From: Myxococcota bacterium
GTDB taxonomy: Bacteria; Myxococcota_A; UBA796; CAJQPC01
Assembly (NCBI GenBank): GCA_036012755.1
Contig: DASCPX010000070.1
Coordinates: forward strand, 32,001 to 96,000
Length of the DNA: 64,000 bases
Reading direction: 5' to 3'
Shown here: positions 35,937 through 45,372 of the stretch, in pieces
Layout: each line of letters opens with the position of its first letter
How positions within the stretch are numbered: position 1 is the first letter of the stretch
The notes under the pieces: generated by a model
Databases searched by the model: none
Seen by the model: the letters and a program-made list of their open reading frames with translations, nothing else
What the model was told of the DNA's origin: nothing
Made by a program: the position numbers and the translations under genes

Positions 35937-37541
35937 TCACTGGAGCCCCCACCAGAGAAGCTCTGAGCTCCCCCCGGTCGGCTCGCCCAAGACCCTCTCG
36001 AGGGCAGGAAGCAGCTTCCTCTTCGTCGCGTCATCCGGCGTATCGAGGGCCACGATGGCGAATCCGGCACCCCTCAATCGCTGCACCTCGTCCCCCTCGC
36101 AGCGCCCCTCGTAGCGCTCGATGCACTCGACGAAGGCGTCGAGGTCCGGATCCTGCGGTCGCGAGTTCATCTGGGGCAGGTCTCGCACAGGACGCCCGTG
36201 GACCTCGTGTCCCGCGAGCCGAATCGGGTTGTTCGGCAGGAGCTTCGGGCCGGAAAGCGGCATGTGCAGCACTGCGCCCTCCGTCTCGTAGCGCTCCCAA
36301 GCCCTCCACTCGGCGACGGGGAGCTCCATCGTCGGCCAGGGCAGGCCGTAGCTGGCCACGCTGCGGATCGCGTCGGCGGCCCCGAGGACCAACACCAGCC
36401 ACAGCCACCTCGATCGCGACACCGCCAGCATGCCGGCGAGGGCCAGGTGGGCCACGACCAGCCCGCGGTAGTAGTGGCCGCCGTGGGCCAGCGACAGGTC
36501 CAGCCACTGGAAGACCACGGCAGGCAGCGGGATGTCGTAGACGGGCTCTCCGGCGAAGGCCAGCACCGGCCCCATCGCGACGAGCACGCCCAGGGCCAGC
36601 GGGTAGATCCACAGCCGCCGCTTCCCTCCCAGGACCAGCGCCCCGACCAGCCACACCGCCCCGAGGTAGGGGTTGTGGAGCAGCACCGAGTCGACCTGTT
36701 GCTCGGGCGCTCCCCACAGCAGGGTGTCGAGGTCCGCGATGGGCATCGGGTGGCCGAACAGGGGCGGGAAGCCGTCCGGGTTGTAGGCGGGGGTGAAGAT
36801 CGGGTCCAGCTCGCCTGCCCCGACCGGGTCGAGGTAGGCCCGGGCCAGCAGCAGCGCCACGGGCACCAGGGCGCTGGCGGCGACGAAGCGCTTCCACTCC
36901 GCTCGGCGCAGCCACAAGAGCCAGGGCAACGACAGCGCCGCGAACATCGCCAGGTAGGGCGAGGTGCAGGCCCCCAGGAGCCAGATCGGCAGCACGACGG
37001 CCACTCGCCACAGCGGCCCGCGCGATGCCCACAGGACCACGGCCAGGCACAGGGGCAGCACGTATGACTGGGCTTTCTCGACCTGCCCGGACAGGGCCAT
37101 CGCCAGCTCTGTCGGGGACAGGGCGTAGAGCACCGCGCCGACGAACACGCCCAGCGGCGAGGGCTCCTCGAAGAGCTGCCAGGCGAGCACGACGAAGGCC
37201 GCGGCGCCCAGGGCGGGACCCACCCAGGCCGCCAGGTTGATGAGCGCCGTGACGCTCACCAGCGGCGTCAGCGGGGTCAACACCAGGTGATAGGCCCAGC
37301 CCATGAAGGCGGGGGCGCGCTCCTCGGGGAAGCCGGCCTCAGAGGTCGGCGAGGGCCACTCCAGGCTCCAGAAGGCCTGGGAGATCACGTCGGTGGACCA
37401 GATGTGCACGCCGTGGAAGGCGTTTGCGATGGTCCTGCCGGCCGGATCGACCAGCCAGCCCGCGTGGAGGGGCAGCTGGATCGCGAGCGCCACCAGGAAG
37501 GCCCCCAGGGCCAGGGTCGCGGGCCGCTGCAGGTGTCTCAC
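35937..37541 (-). CDS. Polytopic membrane protein, GT-C/YfhO-like
   Basis: About 11 TM segments; GFPE, LYALSP, NPYLG, MGP motifs. GTG 37541 overlaps the upstream stop. Confidence 0.6.
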   Translation of the reverse strand: MRHLQRPATLALGAFLVALAIQLPLHAGWLVDPAGRTIANAFHGVHIWSTDVISQAFWSLEWPSPTSEAGFPEERAPAFMGWAYHLVLTPLTPLVSVTALINLAAWVGPALGAAAFVVLAWQLFEEPSPLGVFVGAVLYALSPTELAMALSGQVEKAQSYVLPLCLAVVLWASRGPLWRVAVVLPIWLLGACTSPYLAMFAALSLPWLLWLRRAEWKRFVAASALVPVALLLARAYLDPVGAGELDPIFTPAYNPDGFPPLFGHPMPIADLDTLLWGAPEQQVDSVLLHNPYLGAVWLVGALVLGGKRRLWIYPLALGVLVAMGPVLAFAGEPVYDIPLPAVVFQWLDLSLAHGGHYYRGLVVAHLALAGMLAVSRSRWLWLVLVLGAADAIRSVASYGLPWPTMELPVAEWRAWERYETEGAVLHMPLSGPKLLPNNPIRLAGHEVHGRPVRDLPQMNSRPQDPDLDAFVECIERYEGRCEGDEVQRLRGAGFAIVALDTPDDATKRKLLPALERVLGEPTGGSSELLWWGLQ

Positions 37542-38527
37542 GGCTTGCCCCGAATGAGCTCCCCTATGCGACCCATCCTGCGGAGCGCCGGGATGAAGCC
37601 GACGATGAAGGGTGGGCCGCTGGCGACGATCCACGTCAGCGCGGTGTAGGCGAGGGCGTCGGCCTCGCTCACCCCGAAGGCGCCGAGCACGAACACGGCG
37701 GTCGCTGCCGTGCCGGCGGCGGTCGAGGGTGGCAGGACGATCGCCGCCATGCTGCCCAGTGCGATGACGCCACAGACGGCGAGCACGGGGAAGTCGAGCT
37801 CCAGCCCCAGGGCCGGGAGCAGGGTCCAGAAGGCCACCACCACCGCGGCGACCTGGGCGAAGGCCAGGACCACGTTCCCTGCCACCGGGCCCCAGGCGGT
37901 CATCCCCGTGCCTGCCTGCACCACCGTCTCGCGCACCAGGGCGACCACGCCCTTTTTCTCTGGCTCGGGCTCGCCCTTGCGCAGGCGCCTGGAGACCAGG
38001 ACCAGTCCGACGCTGCCAAAGACGGCTCCGAAGATGGCGAGGGTGAGCCAACCCTGGGCCTGGGCCGTGCGCGCGGCGCCGACGAGCTCCTCCCACTCGC
38101 TGGCTCCGAAGGCGATGACGGCGAGCAGGAAGAGGCCAAAGACCGCGGCCTCGATGAAGGCCGTGATGCCCACGGCGGCGACCGCGGCGGGAGCGGGCAC
38201 GTCCAGCTCCCTCTGCAAGAGCCCCATCGCGATGAGGTCTCCACCACGGATCGGCAACAGCGCGTTCATCAGGCCGGAGAGGAAGCCGATGCTCATCACG
38301 TGGAAGAAGGGTGTTCGCCTCCAGGCCAGCAGCGTGACCCAGAGGCGGACCTCGTGGAGGAACAAGCCAACGAGCTTGATGCACATGCCGGCGAGGACCC
38401 AGCGCATGTCCGCCTGTCGCACGGCGGCGAGGACCTCTCCGGGCTCGGCGGAGTACAAGAGCGCGCCGACGATCAGGGCCGAAGCCAGGATCTGCACGGG
38501 CAGCTTCCAGCGTCGGCGCTCGCTCAT
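37538..38527 (-). CDS. Second LPG-synthase-TM (UPF0104) putative flippase
   Basis: NALLPIRGGDL, multi-TM. ATG 38527 is ATGA-coupled. Confidence 0.85.
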   Translation of the reverse strand: MSERRRWKLPVQILASALIVGALLYSAEPGEVLAAVRQADMRWVLAGMCIKLVGLFLHEVRLWVTLLAWRRTPFFHVMSIGFLSGLMNALLPIRGGDLIAMGLLQRELDVPAPAAVAAVGITAFIEAAVFGLFLLAVIAFGASEWEELVGAARTAQAQGWLTLAIFGAVFGSVGLVLVSRRLRKGEPEPEKKGVVALVRETVVQAGTGMTAWGPVAGNVVLAFAQVAAVVVAFWTLLPALGLELDFPVLAVCGVIALGSMAAIVLPPSTAAGTAATAVFVLGAFGVSEADALAYTALTWIVASGPPFIVGFIPALRRMGRIGELIRGKP

Positions 38528-39066
38528 CGGTCCACGCACTCCACGGACAGCGTGAAGGCCCCGGTCACCCCGAGCTTCCCGTCCACTCCGAGGAGCCATG
38601 TCTGGGGGTTGTCCTGGGTCACGAGCCGGAACTCGCCGTCGCCCTCGAGCACGTCCGCCTCGCAGGCGGTGACGCTGTGTTCGAGATCCGGGCAGCCCTC
38701 GTGTGGCCAGCTGGCGGCGAAGAGATCGAGGTCCTCGCAGGGGCTCTCCAGCGTCACGGTGGCGACCATCATCGGCTCCATGCGGAAGCTGTAGACGCGC
38801 TCGGGGCCGTCCCAGTCGTGGTGGATGGGTGCGCAGAACTTCTCCATGTAGAAGTCGTTGCTCCAGGCCGAGCGCCCCCCGCGCGTGTGTCCGTCCAAGC
38901 TCGATCCGCAGTGGACCTCGGCGGTGACGCAGCCCTCTTGCGGGGTGCCGTCTCCCTCTGGGCAGGGAGGGTCGTCCTCGACCACCGGGTGCTCCTCGAC
39001 GACGGGCTCGACGGGCTCGAAGAAGTCCACGACAGCGAGGTCGCAGGCGACCTGGAGCAGGATCAC
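38524..39066 (-). CDS. Cys-rich lipoprotein with PPC-like beta-sandwich
   Basis: (M)ILLQVAC; GPERVYSF, CEDLDLF, LGVDG...FTLSVEC. Confidence 0.65.
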   Translation of the reverse strand: MILLQVACDLAVVDFFEPVEPVVEEHPVVEDDPPCPEGDGTPQEGCVTAEVHCGSSLDGHTRGGRSAWSNDFYMEKFCAPIHHDWDGPERVYSFRMEPMMVATVTLESPCEDLDLFAASWPHEGCPDLEHSVTACEADVLEGDGEFRLVTQDNPQTWLLGVDGKLGVTGAFTLSVECVDR

Positions 39067-39524
39067 TCGATCCGACCCCCGGCCCTCTCCCAGGCGACGA
39101 CTCCTCCGCGCAGGGCGACCACCTCGTCGAAGCCTCGCCGGCGCAGGAAGCGCGTGACGCGCATCGCCGAGGGGCCGTCCTCGTCGTAGGCGACGATGCG
39201 CACGTCCGGGGGCAGCTCGGCGAGCTGGATCATCACGTCGATCTCGCGCATGTGCTCCGCACCCGGGAGGTGTCCCGCGGTGAAGTCCTCTGCAGCGCGG
39301 ACATCGAGGAACCAGGCGCCCTCGATCACGGCGTCCGGGTCGATCCACCACTCCGGCTGCTCCGGGTCGAGCTCGTGCTCGGGGATCCGCTCCTTGTCCA
39401 CTTCCCTGGCAGCTGGCGCGCTGCGAGCCAGCTCCTCGGCCCGCTGCTTCATCTCCGCCTCCGAGATGCGCTTGCCGACCGCCTTGGCCAGCCGGAGAGG
39501 GAGCTTCGCGAGCTTGCCGATCAT
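39063..39524 (-). CDS. Rhodanese-like domain protein (catalytic Cys replaced by Asp)
   Basis: LDVRAAEDFTAGHLPGA, IVAYDEDG, LRGGVVAW. Confidence 0.85.
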   Translation of the reverse strand: MIGKLAKLPLRLAKAVGKRISEAEMKQRAEELARSAPAAREVDKERIPEHELDPEQPEWWIDPDAVIEGAWFLDVRAAEDFTAGHLPGAEHMREIDVMIQLAELPPDVRIVAYDEDGPSAMRVTRFLRRRGFDEVVALRGGVVAWERAGGRIE

Positions 39525-40834
39525 GGCGTCGAGCTTAACCGCCCCGTGACCCAGGTCAGCTCGCGGAGGCGCTCGGCGAGGGCTGCGGAGGGGGGCTCGG
39601 AGAGGCGCCAGCCCCAGTTCCCCTCGCAGGTGCCGGGCACGTTCATGCGGGCCTCGTTGCCCAGACCGAGCAGGTCCTGCATGGGCGCGATGGCGTCGCT
39701 GGCGATGCTGGACCAGGCGAGTCGAACCAGCTCCCAGGCCTCGCCAGAGGACCGGGTGCAGACCCGGAAGCGGTGCCTGACCTCCTCGGGCGCGGACTCG
39801 TACCAGCCTGACGCCGTGTCGTTGTCGTGGGTGCCGGTGTAGGCCACGCAGTTGGTCGTCTCGAAGTCGTGGGGCAGGAAGGCATGCCGCATCTTCTCCG
39901 AGCCGAACGCGAACTGCAGCACCTTCATGCCTGGGGCGCCGAGGGCGTCTCGGAGCTCCTCGACCTCAGGCGTGATGAGCCCCAGGTCCTCTGCGATCAG
40001 CTGCTTCCTGGCGTCGAGTCCGAGCCTCGAGAAGAGCTTCATCCCCGGGCCATCGATCCACTCGCCGATCATCGCGGTCTCGGCGGACAGGGGCACGGCC
40101 CAGGCCGCGGCGAAGCCACGGAAGTGGTCGATGCGCACGCGGTGGACGTGCTCCAACACCCGCTCGAAGCGTGCCCTCCACCAGTTGTAGACCGCCTCGC
40201 TGTCCCAGTCGTAGTGGGGGTTGCCCCAGAGCTGGCCGGTGGGGCTGAAGTAGTCCGGTGGCACGCCGGCGCGCTTGTCGAAGTCGAAGATGCCGGGCTT
40301 GGCTCGGGCGTCGCAGCCATCACCGCTCACGAAGATGGGCACATCACCGATGAGCTGCACGCCGCGGGACTCGGCGTGGGCTCGCAGGCCACGAAGCTGT
40401 CGGTCGCAGAGGAGCTGGAGCGCGACGGCGTCGTCACCAGCGAAGGCTCCCCAGGCCTCGAGCCACTCCGGGATCGGCTCCGAGCGACCGTGGGCCCGCG
40501 CGGCCTTCCGCAGCAGCGGCTCCTTCTCGCGCCACACCGCCTCCCAGTCCACGGTGGAGTTCGGGTAGCGCGCAGCTGGAAGATCGGAGGCATCGAGCAG
40601 GCCGTCGTCGACGAGGTCCTCGAGGCTCAAGAGCGCCGGCTCGACCGCGAAGGCCGAGGGGGAGGCATAGGGCGAGTTGCCGGGCCCCACGGGGTTCAGC
40701 GGGAGCCACTGCCAGCGGGTCTGACCTGCCGAGGCGAGCCAGTCGACGAAGTCGCGAGCGGCGGGCCCGAGGTCGCCGATCGGCCCGCGCGAGGGCAGGG
40801 AGGTGATGTGGAGGAGGACGCCGGAGCCGCGCAT
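39521..40834 (-). CDS. malQ: 4-alpha-glucanotransferase
   Basis: SGVLLHITSLP, AGVPPDYFSPTGQLWGNP, RIDHFRG, IAEDLG, YTGTHDNDT. Confidence 0.96.
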   Translation of the reverse strand: MRGSGVLLHITSLPSRGPIGDLGPAARDFVDWLASAGQTRWQWLPLNPVGPGNSPYASPSAFAVEPALLSLEDLVDDGLLDASDLPAARYPNSTVDWEAVWREKEPLLRKAARAHGRSEPIPEWLEAWGAFAGDDAVALQLLCDRQLRGLRAHAESRGVQLIGDVPIFVSGDGCDARAKPGIFDFDKRAGVPPDYFSPTGQLWGNPHYDWDSEAVYNWWRARFERVLEHVHRVRIDHFRGFAAAWAVPLSAETAMIGEWIDGPGMKLFSRLGLDARKQLIAEDLGLITPEVEELRDALGAPGMKVLQFAFGSEKMRHAFLPHDFETTNCVAYTGTHDNDTASGWYESAPEEVRHRFRVCTRSSGEAWELVRLAWSSIASDAIAPMQDLLGLGNEARMNVPGTCEGNWGWRLSEPPSAALAERLRELTWVTGRLSSTP

Positions 40835-40910
40835 CGAAGGTGTTCCGTCAATCGGAGGTCAAGGTCCTATCGACCGGGAACCCGACCTGCGATCACAGGT
40901 CGGACCTTCC

Positions 40911-41351
40911 ATGCGACGCCTCGCACGCCCCCACGTCCGACCACAGCAGCTGGCCATCCCCGTCATGAGCCTCTGTGCGGCGCTGGTGCCGGTGTTGGTG
41001 GCGGGCGCTCAGTTCGTGGACCTCGCGGTCATCGAGTCGAGCCTGCCTGCCATGTGCTGTTGCCCGGACGCGGAGCCCTTCCACCTCACGGTCTACGTGC
41101 ACGACTGGGGCTGGGAGATCGACGGCAGCGACGAGGCCCTCTACGGCCGCGCCACGGTCGAGGACCTCTCGGCTCTGCGCGAGGTGCTCGTCGACGTGAA
41201 GTCACGCCATCCCCACGAGGGCCAGATCGTGATCGTGCCCGACTCCGGCATCTCCTTCGGCCGAGTCGTTCGCACCCTTGACACCACCCGCTCCTTCGAG
41301 GGGCAGGAACTCTTCCCCTGGCCCGTGTTCGCGGGCGGCATCATGGAGTAG
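40911..41351 (+). CDS. ExbD/TolR family protein (divergent)
   Basis: TM then AQFVDLAVIESSLP; IVIVPDSGISFGRVVRTLD; LFP. Confidence 0.75.
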   Translation: MRRLARPHVRPQQLAIPVMSLCAALVPVLVAGAQFVDLAVIESSLPAMCCCPDAEPFHLTVYVHDWGWEIDGSDEALYGRATVEDLSALREVLVDVKSRHPHEGQIVIVPDSGISFGRVVRTLDTTRSFEGQELFPWPVFAGGIME

Positions 41352-41353
41352 GC

Positions 41354-41833
41354 ATGCGACGTCGAGACAACACCCCGGGAGAGCTCAACCTGGTTCCGAT
41401 CATGAACCTCGTGAGCATCCTCATCCCCTTCCTGCTCGTGGCGGCGCAGTTCGTGAACCTCGCGGTCGTGGACACCTCGCTCCCGGGCATCCAGAAGGAC
41501 TCTGACGTCCCGGAGCCGCCGGAGCGCCAGCTCAGCGTCGCCATCACGGAGAGCCAGCTGATGGTGCTCGGCGCCAACGACGTCCTCGGAGTCGAGGACA
41601 CCGGCGGCTACGCCATCCCCAGCGAGGGGCAGGATCTCGACACCGCCGAGCTCACCCGCGTCCTCGGCCTGGTCAAGGACGAAGCCCCGCAGATCGAGGA
41701 CCTCGTGCTCGTCCCCGATGGCAGCATCTCCTACGAGCAGCTCATCGACGTCATGGACGCCGCCCGCAGCGAGTCGATGGACGAAGGCGGCCGCCTGCTG
41801 TTCCCGAACCAGGTCATCGCTGGGGGGACTTGA
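41354..41833 (+). CDS. ExbD/TolR (AglQ/AglS-like) family protein
   Basis: ELNLVPIMNLVSILIPFLL; LVPDGSISYEQLIDVMDAAR; LFP. Confidence 0.88.
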   Translation: MRRRDNTPGELNLVPIMNLVSILIPFLLVAAQFVNLAVVDTSLPGIQKDSDVPEPPERQLSVAITESQLMVLGANDVLGVEDTGGYAIPSEGQDLDTAELTRVLGLVKDEAPQIEDLVLVPDGSISYEQLIDVMDAARSESMDEGGRLLFPNQVIAGGT

Positions 41834-41846
41834 TTATCGGTGACTG

Positions 41847-43718
41847 ATGTGGCTCCTCCTCCTCGCCGTCGCCCTCGCCGAAGTCCGCCTCGAAGGCACT
41901 CCAGAGGTCCCGGCTGACCTCGCAGAGAGGCTCAGGCCCTACCTCAGTCCGCGCAGCGCAGCGCTCGTCGATCTCTCACCTGATGGGAGCGAGGTGCTCG
42001 TCAGCACGCGCTTCGGCGAGACCAGCCAGATCCACCGGGTGTCGACCCCGCTCGGCATGCGCGAGCAGCTCACCTTCCTCGAGGAGCCGGTCAGCGGCGT
42101 CGAGCCGATCCCAGGCTCGGAAGACCTCTTGTTGCGAGCTGACATCGGCGGGGACGAGCAGTGGCAGGTGCTCCAGTGGTCCGATGGGCGCACGACGCTG
42201 CTGAGCGACGGAGAGCATCGCCACGGCGGGCTCCTCTACGACCGCTCGGGCGAGGTCCTGGCCTTCACGAGCAACGCCCGGAACGGCCGCGACACGGACG
42301 TCTACGTGAGCGGGCCGCGCATGGAGGAGCCCCGGCGGGTCACGGAGTTCGAGGGCGCCTGGCACGCTCGCGGCTTCAGCGCTGACGGCCAGTGGCTGCT
42401 CGTCGGTCACTACGAGAAGGTCGATCGCACCGAGCTCTGGCGCGTCCATCTAGCCAGCGGCGAGGCCGAGCGCCTGACCCCAGAGGACCACCCTGCCGCC
42501 TACCACGGCATCTTCTCGTCGGATCCCCAGGTGCTCTACGTGCTCACGGACCGCTTCGGCGAGTTCCGCCAGCTCTACCGCCTGGACCTCGAGGTGCGTC
42601 GAGAGTCGAGAAGGTGGACGCTCTTGAGCGAGCAGATCCCCTGGAACGTCGAGGACCTCGAGCTCTCCCCCGATGGCCAGACGCTGGCCTTCGTCGTCAA
42701 CGAAGAGGGCTACCGCAGCCTCCGCCTCATGGACACGGAGACAGAGGTGATAAGCGAGCCGGCTGGCCTCGACGCCGGGCTGGTGACCGGGTTGAGGTTC
42801 GCCCGGGACGCCAACGTGCTGGGGCTCACGATGTCCGGCCCGACCATGCCCGGGGACGCCTTCACCCTGGACCTCGACAGCGGTGAGCTGACGCGCTGGA
42901 CCCGGAGCGAGCTCGGAGGCCTCGACGAGGGCGACCTCGTCAGCCCCTCCCTGGTGCGCGTGGAGAGCTTCGACGGTCTCGAGATCCCCGCCTTCGTCTA
43001 CCGCCCGAGCACGCCGGGGCCCCATCCGGTGGTGATCTTCATCCACGGCGGGCCAGAGGCCCAGGCGCGACCGAAGTTCTCGGGCCTCGCCCAATACCTC
43101 GTCCGCGAGGAGGGCATGGCGGTCGTGATCCCCAATGTCCGCGGCAGCAACGGCTACGGAAGGACCTACCTCGGCCTGGACGATGGCTACGATCGCGAGG
43201 ACAGCGTGCGCGACATCGGCGCCGTGCTCGACTGGATCGCCGAGGATCCGGAGCTCGACGAGTCCCGCGTGGCGGTCCGCGGTGGCAGCTACGGGGGCTA
43301 CATGGTCCTCGCCTCGCTGGTCATGCACGGCGATCGTCTGAAGGCCGGCATCGACAACGTCGGCATCTCGAGCTTCGTGACCTTCCTCGAGAACACGAAG
43401 CCCTACCGGCAGGATCTCCGGCGGGTGGAGTACGGCGACGAGCGGGACCCGGAGATGCGGGCCTTCCTGGAGGAGATCAGCCCGGTCGCCCACGCGGACG
43501 AGATCACCAGCGCCCTGTTCGTCGTGCACGGGGCCAACGATCCCCGGGTTCCGGTGGGCGAGGCCGAGCAGATCGTCGCCGCCGTGCGCGGCTCTGGCCA
43601 GGAGGTCTGGCTGATGGTGGCGCTGGACGAAGGCCACGGCTTTCGCAAGAGATCCAACCGGGACCTCTTCTACGAGCTGACGGTGTTGTTCCTCCGCCAT
43701 CAGCTGATACCGAATTGA
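41847..43718 (+). CDS. S9 family serine peptidase (beta-propeller + hydrolase)
   Basis: IHGGPE, GGSYGG, GANDPRV, DEGHGF. Confidence 0.94.
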   Translation: MWLLLLAVALAEVRLEGTPEVPADLAERLRPYLSPRSAALVDLSPDGSEVLVSTRFGETSQIHRVSTPLGMREQLTFLEEPVSGVEPIPGSEDLLLRADIGGDEQWQVLQWSDGRTTLLSDGEHRHGGLLYDRSGEVLAFTSNARNGRDTDVYVSGPRMEEPRRVTEFEGAWHARGFSADGQWLLVGHYEKVDRTELWRVHLASGEAERLTPEDHPAAYHGIFSSDPQVLYVLTDRFGEFRQLYRLDLEVRRESRRWTLLSEQIPWNVEDLELSPDGQTLAFVVNEEGYRSLRLMDTETEVISEPAGLDAGLVTGLRFARDANVLGLTMSGPTMPGDAFTLDLDSGELTRWTRSELGGLDEGDLVSPSLVRVESFDGLEIPAFVYRPSTPGPHPVVIFIHGGPEAQARPKFSGLAQYLVREEGMAVVIPNVRGSNGYGRTYLGLDDGYDREDSVRDIGAVLDWIAEDPELDESRVAVRGGSYGGYMVLASLVMHGDRLKAGIDNVGISSFVTFLENTKPYRQDLRRVEYGDERDPEMRAFLEEISPVAHADEITSALFVVHGANDPRVPVGEAEQIVAAVRGSGQEVWLMVALDEGHGFRKRSNRDLFYELTVLFLRHQLIPN

Positions 43719-43777
43719 AAGCGACGGAGAACGGGCTAATTCCATATGTTCACCCCTCGATCCCCCAGGAGTCCGCC

Positions 43778-45307
43778 GTGTCCGTCCTCGTCTTGTTGCT
43801 GAGTGGTTGTGAAACCACCTCCGATGTCGATGCCCAGCAAGCTTGGGTCGATGTGGACACCGGGCTCTATGACGACCTGGATCCCTCCGAAGGAATCGCC
43901 TGGGACGACCCGAACTATCGGCCAGAGATCGACCGCTGGGCCCCCTACGGCGTGCCCATCGACCTCCCGCTCGGGACCTCGAACGCCGAGAACGTCGCGG
44001 ACGCTCAGTGGAAGGGCGAGGGGGAGGACGCCAAGCTCGGCATCAGCGTGCGGAACGCTGGCGACGTCAACGGCGACGGCCTCAACGACATGATCATGGG
44101 ATCGCTGAACGATTCGACCGGCTCGAGCATCGACGGCGCGGCCTACATGAACCGGGCCAAGTTCGACACGGCCGGCTCCAACAAGCGCGCGGACGCTTCG
44201 AAGGGACGCTGGTACGGGAGCCCGGCGGAGAAGGCGGGCGAGCAGGTCAACGGCGGCGGCGACATGGACGCCGATGGCCTGGACGACTGGATCATCGGCG
44301 CCCGTTCCTGGGACGACTCGGTCGACACCTGGAAGGTCAACTCCGGCGCTGCCTATGTCGTCTTCGGCTACCACCGAGGCAACAACACCCTCCCCGCGAG
44401 CGAGTACCGGATCGACGGAAACGCCGCGAACCAGTTCTTCGGCGCGGGCATGGACATCATCGGCGACGTCGACGGCGACGGCTACGACGACCTCGGCATC
44501 GGCGCCACGGGCGCGGACACCAACGGTACGAACAGCGGCGCGGTCCATGTCTTCCTCGGTCCGGTCACCGCGGCCACGGACGCCTCCGCCGCCAGCGCGA
44601 GCATCGGCGGCGAGAGCGCGGGCGACGCGGTGGGCACCCGGATCTTCGGGCTCGGCGACGTCGACGGCGATGGCGCAGACGACTTCGGTGTCGGCAACCG
44701 GGCAGAGGACACCAACGGCACCGACGCTGGGGCTGTCTACATCATCACGGCCAGCACGATGCCGACCGACCTGGGCGACGCCGACTTCATCTACCGGGGC
44801 AACACGGCGAGCTTCGAGGCGGGGAACTCCCTGAAGCACGCCGGCGACCTCGATGGCGACGGCAAGCAGGACTTCGTCGCTGGCGCCCTGGGCCACGGCG
44901 GCACCCTCGGTGGCGCCTACGTCGTGCCCGGCGACACGGCGAGCGGAAAGCTCGGCGCTGTCGCGACCGCGAAGGTCTATGGCCAGCTCGCCGGCGATCA
45001 GCTCGGCTCGGACGTCGCCGTCGGGGACATCAACGCGGACGACATCGACGATCTCCTGGTCGCGTCGAATCGCCAGGGCTCCACGGACCGTGGCGCCTTC
45101 TACGGCTTCTACGGTCCGGTCACCGGGACCATCGCCGCCTACAGCGCGGACGTGAAGGTGGTCGGCGTGGCCAGCTCCGACAAGTTCGGCTCCTCCCTCG
45201 ACTACATCCCGAACACGACGGTGGACGGCAAGAACACCGTGGTCGCCGGGGCCAGCTCACGCGGCACGAACAACAAGGGTGCCGTGTACCTCTTCCACGT
45301 GGACTGA
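43778..45307 (+). CDS. FG-GAP/integrin-alpha repeat lipoprotein
   Basis: AGGAG + GTG, LLLSGC; repeated GDVNGDG..D, GAVY. Confidence 0.9.
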   Translation: MSVLVLLLSGCETTSDVDAQQAWVDVDTGLYDDLDPSEGIAWDDPNYRPEIDRWAPYGVPIDLPLGTSNAENVADAQWKGEGEDAKLGISVRNAGDVNGDGLNDMIMGSLNDSTGSSIDGAAYMNRAKFDTAGSNKRADASKGRWYGSPAEKAGEQVNGGGDMDADGLDDWIIGARSWDDSVDTWKVNSGAAYVVFGYHRGNNTLPASEYRIDGNAANQFFGAGMDIIGDVDGDGYDDLGIGATGADTNGTNSGAVHVFLGPVTAATDASAASASIGGESAGDAVGTRIFGLGDVDGDGADDFGVGNRAEDTNGTDAGAVYIITASTMPTDLGDADFIYRGNTASFEAGNSLKHAGDLDGDGKQDFVAGALGHGGTLGGAYVVPGDTASGKLGAVATAKVYGQLAGDQLGSDVAVGDINADDIDDLLVASNRQGSTDRGAFYGFYGPVTGTIAAYSADVKVVGVASSDKFGSSLDYIPNTTVDGKNTVVAGASSRGTNNKGAVYLFHVD

Positions 45308-45314
45308 TCCTCGA

Positions 45315-45340
45315 AGGGGCGACCTCTGCAGGTCGCCCCT
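45315..45340. terminator. Perfect 11-bp hairpin between convergent genes
   Basis: AGGGGCGACCT-CTGC-AGGTCGCCCCT; no U tract. Confidence 0.6.
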
Positions 45341-45372
45341 GGCCGTGAGCGGGCAATCCCCCCGGGAATCCC

